Assembly (NCBI GenBank): GCA_013239625.1
Contig: MU053994.1
Location: forward strand, 3,663,589 to 3,700,023
Direction: 5' to 3'
Origin: Lama guanicoe
Lineage: Eukaryota
DNA length: 36,435 bases
Shown here: positions 11,913 to 22,719 of the stretch, one piece after another
Numbering within the stretch: position 1 is the first letter of the stretch
Layout: every line of letters begins with the position of its first letter
Made by a program: the position numbers and the translations under genes
Notes under the pieces: model-generated
What the model saw: the letters and a program-made list of their open reading frames with translations, nothing else
Told to the model about the DNA's origin: nothing
Database searches by the model: none

Positions 11913-12419
11913 TTTAACCTTTAAAAATTTTTATTTATTTTTATTGAAGTATAGTTAACTTACAATGCTGTGTTAGTTTCAGGTGTGTAGCAAAGTGACA
12001 TATATATATATATATATATATATATANNNNNNNNNNNNNNNNNNNNNNNNNNGATTTTTTTCCATTATAGGTTATTATAAGATATTGAATATAGTTCCCT
12101 GTGCTATACAGTAGGTCCTTGTTGTTTATCTATTTTATATATAGTAGTGCATATATGTTAGTCCCAAACTCCTAATTTATACACCCCCACCTCTTTATCC
12201 TTTGGTAACCAGAGTTTGTTTTCTATGTCTGTGAGTCTGTTTCCAGTTTGTAAATAAACACATTTATATTATTTTTTTTAGATTCCACATATAAGTGGTA
12301 TCATATGATATTTGTCTTTCTCTGTCTGACTTACTTCACTTAATATGATAATCTCTAGGTCCATCCATGCTGCTGCAAATGGCATTATTTAATTTTTTAT
12401 GGCTGAGTAGTATTCCATT
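11913..12419 (-). mobile_element. Cetartiodactyl-type L1 3' end (~500 bp) with 16-bp TSD
   Basis: 'ttttattgaagtatagttaacttacaatg', 'gattccacatataagtggtatcatatg', 'ccatccatgctgctgcaaatggc'; TSD tctaccacctgctttt (11897-11912) and tctaccatctgctttt (12420-12435) followed by aaaaa (TTTT/AA endonuclease site). Confidence 0.92.
12027..12052. other. Assembly gap (26 N) following a (TA)n run
   Basis: Ns in sequence after (TA)13. Confidence 0.99.
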
Positions 12420-12877
12420 TCTACCATCTGCTTTTAAAAAAGCAGGATTTTGCATTTTCTCTGTCTGTACTAGAACAATTTGGGTAGAGAGGGTTTTGGT
12501 TCTCTCCATACCTTCCTCTGCCTAACTGGAAAAATTTAACTTACATTTGTTTTTCTTTTTCTTTTTCTTTTTTATTTGCATGCTCATTTCAGCCTTTGAC
12601 TTAGGGTACTGTTGGGCTCAGTGGTGGGGAGAGAGAAGAGTTGACATTCTTTGGGAGGGATCTAAAGGAAGACCTTTAGAAGGAGTAATCTTCTGAAAGT
12701 AGATTGCTTTTAGAAGATCTTACCACTGGAATTTGTGAATCATTAGATCGTAAAGAATCCTCATGAGGTAAGAACTGGTTCCTTTTTTTGGTCATTTCCA
12801 CTTATTACTAGAGAATTCAATAAAAAATGCTGCTTATTGTATCCTGGGGTCATCAATTTGTTTTCTTTATTCTTTTC

Positions 12878-13610
12878 TTCAGTCAACAGTTTTGAGTACC
12901 TACTGAATTCCAGACACTGACTAGTAAACAAATAGTAAGGAACACAGACATGGGCACTGCCCCATGGACCTGACAGCCTGTGATGACAGAGATTGGCATT
13001 GATCAAATAATTATGGAGAAATATATAATGCCAAACTCTGAAAAGAGCTGGAAAGGAAATTACAGGATGCTCTGAGGCCTGTTCTAGTCTAGAGGTGACT
13101 CATAAAATTTTCTGTAGGGGGGAGACATTTGAGCTGATTTGGATTTGTGGGTGAAAGGTGCCAGTGAGGTAAAAGGGATTGGAGTGGCCATGGACATACT
13201 AGCAAAAGGGAATGGCATGCTGGCAGGGTGTGGCCTGGCCCACTAATGGAAAGGAGAGCAGGAAATGGGACTAAAGAGATGGGCAGGAGACGGATTCGGT
13301 AGAGCCTGGTGGGCCACAGGAAGGCAGTGTTTTGTTTTTTTTTTTTAATGGGAAAACTTTGAAGGATTTTAAGCAGGAAGATGTGATCCAGTTTACATCC
13401 TGAGAAAGTTTGTTTAGTTGTGGTATGAGAAACAGATTGGAGGAGCTAAGGATGGAAGCTAAGAGAAGAATTAGGGTAGGCCAGGTGAGAGAGGATGGAA
13501 GCTTGGTTTGGGGACTTGGCTGTATGAGTGGAGAGAAAAGAATGGATCTCCAGAGAGAGTTAAGAAGTAAACTTCACAACAGTAGGTGATGGATTGGCTA
13601 TGAGGGTAAG
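12878..13610 (-). mobile_element. L2 LINE 3' portion
   Basis: 'ttcagtcaacagttttgagtacctactg...', 'tagagcctggtgggccacaggaagg', 'tttgaaggattttaagcaggaagatgtgatccagtttac', 'ccaggtgagagaggatgg'. Confidence 0.8.
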
Positions 13611-13724
13611 AGACTCACTCATAACCTCTGACTTTATTGGTAAAGCCCCGAGAACCACACACATGCTGATGAGCATTCTAGACATTGCCAGCAACCTCAG
13701 AACTGTCTAAGGGTGATCAAGGGG

Positions 13725-13870
13725 CCTGAGAGAGCACTAGACTGGGTGTGAGGAGAACACTTTTCTAGGCAATAGCCCTGCAGTCTTGAACCACTGAACT
13801 CTTCCAGACCTAAATTTTGTCATTTGTAAAATAAATGGGTCATATTAGATGATTTCCATACATGAGCTGC
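13725..13870 (+). mobile_element. MIR fragment
   Basis: 'agagcactagactggg...cctaaattttgtcatttgtaaaata...tattagatgatttc'. Confidence 0.55.
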
Positions 13871-13999
13871 TTACCACTCTGTTTATTCTTCAGTGGCAAA
13901 TGAAATTTGGATTTTCTATATTAACACTTTACATTCGCAGAACACTTTTAACTCTTTGTGTATGTCGGGGGGTGGGTGGGGTTTCATATTAAACATCAC

Positions 14000-14135
14000 A
14001 CAGATTTTCATAACAACCTTGTGAACTTTTTTCTCCAATAGCCAGACAAGGACACTGAGACCCAGGGAGATTAGGTTTGTCTAAGCTTACTAATTGGTGG
14101 CAAAATTAGAGGCATTCAGTCTCCTAATTCCTTGT
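14000..14135 (-). mobile_element. MIR fragment
   Basis: 'tcataacaaccttgtga...cagacaaggacactgagacccagggagattag'. Confidence 0.6.
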
Positions 14136-14937
14136 ATGACCCTTTTATATTAGATCTTTCTGCCTTCTATTATGTATTTACATGCTTTTGTATTCTATTT
14201 ATTCCCCTGCCGTTTCATTATTAAGTATTCCATCCAGGGAGGCAGAGCAAGGCCGTACAACTCACTCTATTTAGGCAGTTCTCATATTTAGTTTGAAACT
14301 ACATGCTCATTTGAAGCTTTGTGATTATTCTTGCCACTCCTGACCCAATTACCAAGAATAATTAATAATTTGGGCAAATTCCAAGTGTTTCTATAGAGAA
14401 AATGTAAGCAGACACAGAGGACGTGAAAGACTGGCCTGATTAGGAAGAAGTCTATCATTATGGTGTTTTTCAACTTTTGCTTCCAAACCAGGCAGTCACT
14501 GTTTTACAAGTAGATTTGGTTCTATACGATCTTTTTAATGGTGGTGTGCTTCAGGGCTGCTCTTTTCTGGAACCCTATTTGATATACTATTTTATCTCAA
14601 AAGAGATTCAGCTCAAGAAAAAAAAATATAGCCCAATTGATAGCTTTTACTTGAGGGCAGTCTTTCCTTCCTACTTAACAGTGCTGGACAGTTTGCAGAG
14701 GGTCATTTTGGTCTTCATTCATCAAATATCCAGCCAGTCCTGACTTGTGTATCTACCATGTTCCCACTTCTTACTTTTTTCCTTCTGGAACCATCTAGCT
14801 TTTAAAACCAAGGGTACTGCTTTAGTAATAAAAACTAGAAAAATAGAAAGAATAAGGCCAGTAAAAGCCCAGAAATCCCAAGCATTTCATAAGATTAAAA
14901 GCCTGAAAAGTCCATAGGCGAGAAAGGATCTTCTGCC

Positions 14938-15444
14938 TGTGTTTCACTATCTACTGCTGTGAAAAAAGACAACCCTCAAACTTAGTGCTCTTAAACAACA
15001 ATACATTTATTACATCTCATGATTTTGTGGGTCACACATTTGGGCCAGGGCAATTCTGTTCTATGTCATGTTGATTGGGGTTACTTGGTGGTATTCAGTT
15101 AATGGTTCATCTAGTGTGGAAGGTCCAGAATGGCTTCAGTCATATGTATGGCACTCTGGTGGGGTGGCTGGAAGGCCATCCATGTAGTCACAGAGCCTCT
15201 CAACTGGATCTCTCAGGAAGTGTAGTCAAACTCCTTACATAATGGTTCAGGGCTCCAATTCACCAAGTTAGAAGGTGCTGGTTTTCTTAAAGGCTGGGCC
15301 TGGAACTAGCATAGCATCACTCCTGACACCCTTTGTTGATCAAAGGAGTCACAGTGTAGCCCAGATTCAAGAAGTGGAGAAACAGACTCCACCTCTTCAT
15401 GGGAGACGTGTCAAAGAATTTGTAGTCATCTTTAATCCACCACA
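14938..15444 (-). mobile_element. MaLR solo LTR, MLT1H-like, near full length
   Basis: 'caaacttagtgctcttaaacaacaa', 'atggcttcagtcatatgtatggcac', 'gcccagattcaagaagtggagaaacagactccacctcttcatggga', ends 'tttaatccaccaca'. Confidence 0.82.
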
Positions 15445-15697
15445 TTTTTAGATTTATAATTCTTTTATTTTTTTTAGTCCCAGCACTAAGTCTTTGTATA
15501 CCATTTACTTCAGGAGCTAGTGTTGTTCTAGCCCCCACTAACTTTCCTGGTCTGGCCTGTCCACATTTGGGACCCACTGATGAAGAGTGCTTTCCTTTTA
15601 TTCCCAGCCTCCAGGGTCTGCTCAGGGATCCTCTGGGTCCTTCTCCGTTGCATGTTCTTGATGCTTCCTTGAAGGATCCAGCCCTGAACAGACTTCT

Positions 15698-16108
15698 TTT
15701 TAAAATTTTTTTTTCATTTAGCAAATAACTCCTCTTTGTCACTATGCACTTTAAAAAATTATTTATGTATTTTTATACCACATCTTTGTTATCCAGTCAT
15801 CTGTTGATGGACATTTAGGCTGTTTCCATGTCTTGGCTATTGTAAACAGTGCCGAAAAAAATGTGACAATGAATATATGTATGTTCATGTATAACTGAAA
15901 AATTGTGCTCTACACTGGAATTTGACACAACATTGTAAAATGATTATAACTCAATAAAAATGTTTAAAAAATTATTTATGTATTTTTTTTGGTGGGGGGA
16001 GGAAATTAGGTTTATTTATTTATTTTTAGAGGAAGTACTGGGGGTTGAACCCAGGACGTGGTACATGCTAAGCATGCACTCTACTGCTTAAGCTATACCC
16101 TCCCTACT
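15698..16108 (-). mobile_element. Camelid tRNA-derived SINE (Vic-1-like; body 15988-16108) with extended tail, 14-bp TSD and a nested L1
   Basis: Body 'gggggttgaacccaggacgtggtacatgctaagcatgcactctactgcttaagctataccctccc' is homologous to the SINE at 8393; TSD ctgaacagacttct at 15684-15697 and 16109-16122. Confidence 0.88.
15775..15965 (+). mobile_element. Young camelid mini-L1 with 5' inversion (antisense ORF2-end piece 15775-15852 plus sense 3' terminus 15854-15965)
   Basis: 15775-15852 is co-linear with the minus-strand L1 at 17086-17163, whereas 15854-15965 is the reverse complement of about 16631-16744; TSD aaaaaattatttatgtattttt at 15753-15774 and 15966-15987. Confidence 0.9.
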
Positions 16109-16274
16109 CTGAACAGACTTCTGAGCTACTGGAGGAGTGTGGTCATTAATCCTAATGAAACTCTTCCATTTATATCAGTAAATCTCTCTTTGGTGGTTGG
16201 TTTTCAGGCTGTGTAATTAAAAACAAAATGACTCTAGGAAGTGTATTAGTGAATCATATTTGGGTACAAAGTTC

Positions 16275-16598
16275 CATCCACACTGGTCTTACTTCAATTC
16301 TTCAAATGCTCCAGGTTCTCTCCTGCTTCAGGAACCTGGTGTGTGCCTTTCCATCTGCCTGGAACTGCTTGTCTCCACTCTGATGAGCTAACATTCATTT
16401 AAGCTAGGGGTGGTAGTTCAAATGGCATTCATCCAGGAAGGCCTTTGCTCAGTCTCTTGTCTAAATTAGCCTCCTCTTGACCTTCTAGCCCCTGTTCTTT
16501 TCCTTCTTAGTACACACTGTCTAATTAATATGTAATTCGATATTTATTTTCATGTTTGTTTTTTGTCATTTGCTTTCCCTGTAATGCGTAAGCTTCTT
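16275..16598 (+). mobile_element. L2 3' portion (continues at 17611-17670 after the L1 insertion)
   Basis: 'ctcctgcttcaggaacc...ttccatctgcctggaac', 'tccaggaaggcctttg', 'gtaagcttctt|gaagatatagatcat...gaatgaatggatg'. Confidence 0.78.
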
Positions 16599-17609
16599 TT
16601 TTTTAAAATGCAGCTTGCTGTTTTCTTTTTTTAACATTTTTTATTGATTTATAATCATTTTACAATGTTGTGTCAAATTCCAGTGTAGAGCACAATTTTT
16701 CAGTTATACATGAACATATATATATTCATTGTCACATTTTTTTCTCTGTGAGCTACCATAAGATCTTGTATATATTTCCCTGTGCTATACAGTGTAATCT
16801 TGTTTATCTATTCTACAATTTTGAAATCTCAGTCTATCCCTTCCCACCCCCTGCCCCCTTGGCAACCACAAGTTTGTATTCTATGTCTATGAGTCTATTT
16901 CTGTTTTGTATCTATGCTTTGTTTTTTTATTTTTAGATTCCACATATGAGCGATCCCATATGGTGTTTTTCTTTGTCTTTCTGGCTTACTTCACTTAGAA
17001 TGACATTCTGTAGGAGCATCCATGTTGCTGCAAATGGCGTTATGTTGTCGGTTTTTATGGCTGAGTAGTATTCCATTGTATAAATATACCACTTCTTCTT
17101 TATCCAGTCACCTGTTGATGGACATTTAGGCTGTTTCCATGTTTTGGCTATTGTAAATAGTGCTGCTATGAACATTGGAGTGCAGGTGTCATCCTGAAGT
17201 AGATTTCCTTCTGGATACAAGCCCAGGAGTGGGATTTCTGGGTCATATGGTAAGTCTATTCCTAGTCTTTTGAGGAATCTCCACACTGTTTTCCACAGTG
17301 GCTGCACCAAACTGCATTCCCACCAGCAGTGTAGGAGGGTTCCCCTTTCTCCACAGCCTCTCCAGCATTTGTCATTTGTGGATTTTTGAATGACGGCCAT
17401 TCTGACTGGTGTGAGGTGATACCTCATTGTAGTTTTGATTTGCATTTCTCTGACAATTAGTGATATGGAGCATTTTTTCATGTGCCTATCGATCATTTGT
17501 ATATCTTCCTTGGAGAATTGCTTGTTTAGGTCTTCTGCCCATTTTTGGATTGGGTTGTTTGGTTGTTTCTTATTAAGTCATATGAGCTGCTTATATATTC
17601 TGGAGATCA
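16599..17609 (-). mobile_element. Young camelid LINE-1 (L1-1_Vpa-like), 5'-truncated ~1 kb, with TSD and candidate 3' transduction
   Basis: Uninterrupted ORF2p C-terminal frame (ORF 16933..17496) with Cys-rich motif [21 protein letters not shown] gtaagcttctt at 16588-16598 and 17611-17621. Confidence 0.95.
16933..17496 (-). pseudogene. L1 ORF2p C-terminal (cysteine-rich domain) remnant; lacks endonuclease and RT domains
   Basis: [30 protein letters not shown]...[20 protein letters not shown]...[18 protein letters not shown]. Confidence 0.93.
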
Positions 17610-17999
17610 TGTAAGCTTCTTGAAGATATAGATCATACATTTCATTCACTGCTATGAATGAATGGATGTATGTGTGTTTGTGTGTGGGGGGGTGGGGGTT
17701 GGGAGAGTACCACATAGGCAGGCTGTCCTATCTCAAATTGTGCCCCTGGGGTCAGATCCTGGACTGGTTTCTGCCTTTTATAGCATTTCTCCTGTCTCCA
17801 TTATTCTATACACTCAAAACAATTTTTAGAGGTGGTCTCATGCTAGTAGCAGTGTACTGTGTGACCCTTGATGAGGAGGTCACTTTCATAGGTCAAAGTT
17901 AGCCCAGAATTGATCTCTTATCTGGACCCCTGTTTCAGAGAATTGTTGAAGATGGAATTAGAGAAAGGATAGGAAAGAAGCTGAAGCAATGATCGTTAC

Positions 18000-18422
18000 T
18001 CCACTATTGTTTTTTCCATAGTACTAGGCTTCTTAGCTGGGCACATGTTATTCAGAATAATGAATACATTTCTCAGCCCCTCTTGCAGCTAGGTGTGGCT
18101 ATGTGTCTATATTCTGGTTAATGGATTTAAGTAGAAGCATTATGTAGCATTTTAAACCATCTTTTAGTCTACCTGTTTCTTATAACCCATTTGCTGCCAT
18201 CTTGGCTCATGAAGATAAGGGCCAGATCCTCAGAATGGTGGAGCAGTGGGTTGGAAGGAATTTGCATCACTGAGGACTTCAAGAGCATACCTGCCATATT
18301 AGCCTTGGCCTGCGTATTTTTATACATTTATAGGAGAGTAAAATAAAGGTTTACCTTTTAAAAGTGAACTGTTTTCTTTATAGGTTTTATGTCCATCTCT
18401 GGCAAAGCTAATCTTAAAAGGT
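18000..18422 (+). mobile_element. MaLR LTR, MLT1J-like
   Basis: 'tacatttctcagcccctcttgcagctaggtgtggctatgtg', 'gctgccatcttggctcatga', 'aatggtggagcag..ttggaagga', aataaa near the 3' end. Confidence 0.78.
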
Positions 18423-19364
18423 ATAAAATTATATCTAGCATTAGATTACGTGAGACTACTCCCCAAAAATGTCAGAGAAACAAATGAAAAAGACAATAAC
18501 ATTGGTAGGACAGAGAAACATCACTAACCATGGATTTTATGATATTTCCTAAAATATTTTCAAAGGTGAGTTTTTAATAGGGGAACAATTATGGTAATGA
18601 AAATAATATCTTGATGTGGAATTTCTTCAGTCCTCGTTTCAGGCTCTTCTTGACTGTTACAAAAGATTGGGAAAATTGTTCCACTCCTAGAAGGCCTTTT
18701 GATTTTACCAGTGTCTTCTGCTATATCTTAAAGCACAAATTCATTCCTTTATTACTGTTAGAAAGTTCACCTGCCAGATTATACTGATTTTCCAGAGTCA
18801 TTTTGGACAAAGGAAAGGTCACATTGTTTTTCACTAAAGACATATTTTTCCTCCTGTATCACTTGCCTGGTTTTCTTTTTTCAGCTTTTCTTTTGTGACA
18901 AATGTCTTAAATAAGACATTTTCTCAGGATATTTAAAGAAATAATACTTAACCTTTGTACAACCCTTTCATCTTCAGAGTCTTTTACATGAGTACTAAAA
19001 TCAGAAAACTTTCTCCAAAGGCGATTGATACTACAAGTGAATATAGGGAGAATTTTGCATCCATAAACTATTAGATACAATTTTAACGGTAGTGAAAAGG
19101 CATCATCAAGAGTCTAGTTGTGCAAGATGCTCTGCTTGGTGTCAATTCAAAGAATTCTAGGCCCTGAACAGTCTTGTCTAGTAGAAAGTCTCACATGGAT
19201 ACATCCATGAGCACTGGGCATAGAAGGTGCATGTCTCAATCATGACTGCTCTCATTTTAGTCCCTTCCATTCACTCTCCTTTCCTTCCTCTGTCCTTCCC
19301 CTTTCTTTAACCCCAGCTTTACAAATATTTCACCTTCATCTTGCAGGGATGCTTTTCCCCATCA

Positions 19365-19572
19365 TCTAGTTTGGGTTTCCTTAGAAGCAGATCCTGAGAT
19401 AAGGATTTGAAGTCAAACAGTATATTTGAAAAGTGATCAAGTCAGAACTGTTAGGGGAAGGGAGGAAGGGAGACAAGGAAAGGAAAAATGAGCAAGTTAT
19501 CGGTGTGGACAACTGTAAAGAACGGACTCTGAGTTGCCCCACCTGAAGGCTAAGGGAGCTAGATTATTTACT
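19365..19572 (-). mobile_element. LTR16-family fragment
   Basis: 'tttgggtttccttagaagcagatcctgagataaggatttgaagtcaaacagtatattt' is homologous to 9936-10020. Confidence 0.7.
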
Positions 19573-19824
19573 GTAAATAAAGTTAAAGGAAAAAGAAGTC
19601 TGAGGACAGCTTATTTTGTTTATATGTCTTGTAGAACTATTTGATTTATCAAACTATGTACATGTATAACTAATAAAAATAATCTATAGAGATTACTATT
19701 AAGAATTATATCTATTCAACTATATCAAATCTGATAATTTTAACATTCTAACAGAAGGCCTTTTTCTACTCCACCTCATTAATATTTATTATTATTTTTT
19801 ATTTGACATTGAGGCTCAAGGTGC

Positions 19825-20390
19825 ACTTTTAAGCACCCATTGAGCATGTGGCATTATACTAGGCACTGAGAGAGAGTAAAGGGATTTGGAAGATAGAAAA
19901 ACTTTAGTTCCAGCCTTCTTGAATTTATAACAGAGCAGGGAGAAAAATCATGTGCTTGCTATAAGTTATAGAGATTATATAATTTCTATGATTTATTAGA
20001 AATTAACTTTAAGGTTATATACAAGCCAATGTGAAGCAGTGTCAAGTTAGATAATACATGGTTATGCTAAAGGAACGATAAATAAGGGAAATACCACTGT
20101 AGAGTAAGTGCAGGAGAAAGTGAATTTAGTGCTTCACCTGAAGGATCTGGCTTACAGAAAAGAAAGAGGGAGAGAAGTGCAAAGAGGTGGAATGGTTTGA
20201 GCAAGATCATAGTGGTTTTCTGTCAGATGTTAAGTTGCAGAGGGAGACTAGTGAAACTAATCAGGTTGGACCAAGTGATGAACGGCAGGATAGGCCCAGG
20301 TGATGGAAGACTTTGACAACTAGGCAGAGGTCTTGGAACTGGATTCAATTCAGCAATTAGGGAAGAGGCAAGTTCAAAAGATTTTTTATT
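19825..20390 (-). mobile_element. Diverged L2
   Basis: 'ttaagcaccc...ggcattatactaggcactgag', 'ttccagccttcttgaatttataacagagcaggg', 'ggcagaggtcttggaactggattc'. Confidence 0.6.
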
Positions 20391-20464
20391 TTTCTGGTTA
20401 ATATGAATTTGATGTGTTCTTTCTTTACTGAAGTATAGTTTATGTATAAATTACAAGAGATCAC

Positions 20465-21150
20465 TTATTTTCAGTTGAAGTATAATTTACATAAAGTAAG
20501 ATGATCAGTTCTCAGGTGCACAGTTTGGTGAATTTCTACAAATGTATTCACCATTACATGGCTAATTGCTGCCGATGTAACCACCACCCAGATAAAGATA
20601 TGGAATATTTCCATCACCCAAGAAGGGCCTTTTATGCGCCTTCCTAGTGAATAACTGCCCCACCCTCACCTCTTAAATACTATTAAGAGATGTTGTTGAA
20701 ACTGTTCTTGAACTTGACATAAATTGAATCATACAGTATGTATTCTTTTATGACTAGCTTTTTTCACTCAGGTTAATAATTTGAGATTAGTAGTTCCTTT
20801 TTATTGCTAAGTAGCATTCCATTGAATGAACATGCTGCAATTTGCTTATCAGTTCTCCTGTTAATGGAAATGTAGATTGTTTCCAGTTGTGAGCTATTAT
20901 GAATAAAAAGCCTGTGAACATTCTTGCACGTCTTTTGGTAGACATGCGCACTCGTTTCTTTAGGAGTGGGGTCATTGGGTCATAGGGCAAACATGTTTAT
21001 CTTTAGTAGATACAGCCAAATAGTTCTCTAAGGTGGCTGGTATCAGTTTATACTCAGACCAGCAATGGATGAGATAGGCATTTCTTCGCAACCACGTCAA
21101 TACTTGGTATTGTTAGTCTTTTCAATTTTTGCCATCCTGGTGGGTATGCG
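20465..21150 (-). mobile_element. Old L1 3' end (L1ME-like)
   Basis: 'ttgaagtataatttacata', 'tgtaaccaccacccagataaagatatggaatatttccatcacc', 'gattgtttccagttgtgagctattatgaataa'; ORF 20787..20990 gives an ORF2-like peptide (MFTGFLFIIAHNWKQ..HSMECYLAIK). Confidence 0.85.
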
Positions 21151-21689
21151 ATACAAAAAATTTTTTAAAGAAAGAGTAATTATAGAGTAAATAAAGGATG
21201 AGTTGGGTAGGGAAGGAGACCAGACACAGGTAAACCATGTACAAAGCTGTTGTCCCAATGCCAATGGGAGAACTCAAGATGCTGGCCTCGGGGAATGTAG
21301 GATCCATGAGGAGGAAGGTTTTAAACTGAGTGATTTAACAGAGCTTGGCAGGATTTCAGAGTTCTTTTCTCAGTACACCTTTTCTATCTAGAAAAATATT
21401 TCAGCATTTAAGTCACTTACTATTAACTGTAGACAGAGGAGTGGGGTCACCTTTAATTAATCTGACTGGGAGAGATCTTATTGTATTGTGGACACTGCAA
21501 ACATTTGAAGAAATTTACTAGGAGAGCCTGGGCTTCAGGAATGAGAGGGTTTGCCATGGGTTAAATGAATTGCCACATAAGGATTTTTAATGTACTTTTC
21601 CGTTTGCTCTTTGCCTTGAGCACCTGATATTAGGATTCCTTCTTCCTCCACTCCTGCCTTCCCTCTCCCCCTCTTTCCTTCTTTCCTTC

Positions 21690-22440
21690 CATTAATCCAT
21701 CAGTGAGTAAACGTTTGCTGAGGACCTGCTCTGTGCCAGGGCCTGGCTGGGTGCCATGGTGGATCTAAAAATGAATTTCGCATGTTCCAGTCTTCCAAGA
21801 ATTCAGTGTATTCAGTAAAGGATTTGACAAATACATTTAAAAAAACTACAATATCAGGCAATGCCATGTAAATCCTCACTGTCTGTGTCTGTGACTACTC
21901 CCTGCCCCTACCGCTTATGACTTCTATGAAAAGAGAGTATATTTAGGTTTGAAATGGAGAGCAGAGTGGGTATCAGAGGAAGTTTCTGGTTTGAGGTAGC
22001 ATCTAGAGTAATGCAAGGATGGGTAAGACTTCAGTAGCAAAGATGAAGGAAGGGTACAACAATAATAAGGAACAGCCTGAGTAAAGGTGTGGAGAGGCAA
22101 AATTGAGGGCACAGCGAGGGAATTACAAATTGTAGGATGTGACCAGAACCTAAGGCATGTGGATAGTGGTAGTAGTTGTAGATCAAGTAGGATGGGAGGA
22201 CAGAGCCAGGGAAGAAGCCAGGTTGCAAATTTTGTTTATTTGGTGGGCAATAGGGAACCATTGAAGGTTTTTGGTGAGAGCAATGTACTCAGAGCTACCT
22301 TTTGCAGAGATTAGTCTGGCAGTGATAAACTACAAGACTGAAGGTGTGGTAATGTTTTAGGAGGTTGTTACAACATTCTAGGGAAGAATTAATGAGGGCA
22401 TGTATTAAGTTGGCTGGGAAAGGAAGGAGGGTGTGAGTAA
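21690..22440 (-). mobile_element. L2 LINE 3' portion
   Basis: 'aaacgtttgctgaggacctgctctgtgccaggg', 'aaggaacagcctgagtaaagg', 'tgggcaatagggaaccattgaaggtttttg', 'gattagtctggcag'. Confidence 0.78.
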
Positions 22441-22719
22441 TACAAGAAATAATCAGAAAAAAAGAGGGTTCAGAGAGAAAAAGGAGGTAAAGCGAAGGCA
22501 GAACAGAGCAATGATTTTCTCTTTTCTTTCACAACGCTGTATTTTGAAAGTGAGCCAAATGTTGCATGAGGTCGGAGTGGGTGGTGACTGAGGTTGCATT
22601 CCTGTTAGGAGGACGTAGCTGAGCTGTGGGTAAGAGGTCGGAAAAGACTCAAGAGCGGACTATTCAGATGTGTTCAACATGGAATTACTTAAGAAATGAG
22701 ACCCAACCAGAGCCAAAAC

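Noticed and set aside
13967..13981. G-run cluster (also at ~17686-17703), possible G-quadruplex
   Set aside because: Marginal four-tract pattern in simple sequence with no promoter context.
18430..18571. Strong donor-like site caaag|gtgagt at 18566
   Set aside because: No good upstream acceptor, and stops occur in the upstream frames, so no coding exon can be supported. A non-coding exon cannot be excluded.
18900..18921. 10-bp perfect inverted repeat aaatgtctta-aa-taagacattt
   Set aside because: Short and AT-rich; compatible with chance in 36 kb and has no supporting context.
22515..22635. Polypyrimidine tract followed by gtgg|gtaaga, a possible 79-nt exon
   Set aside because: Stops in all three frames and a weak acceptor.
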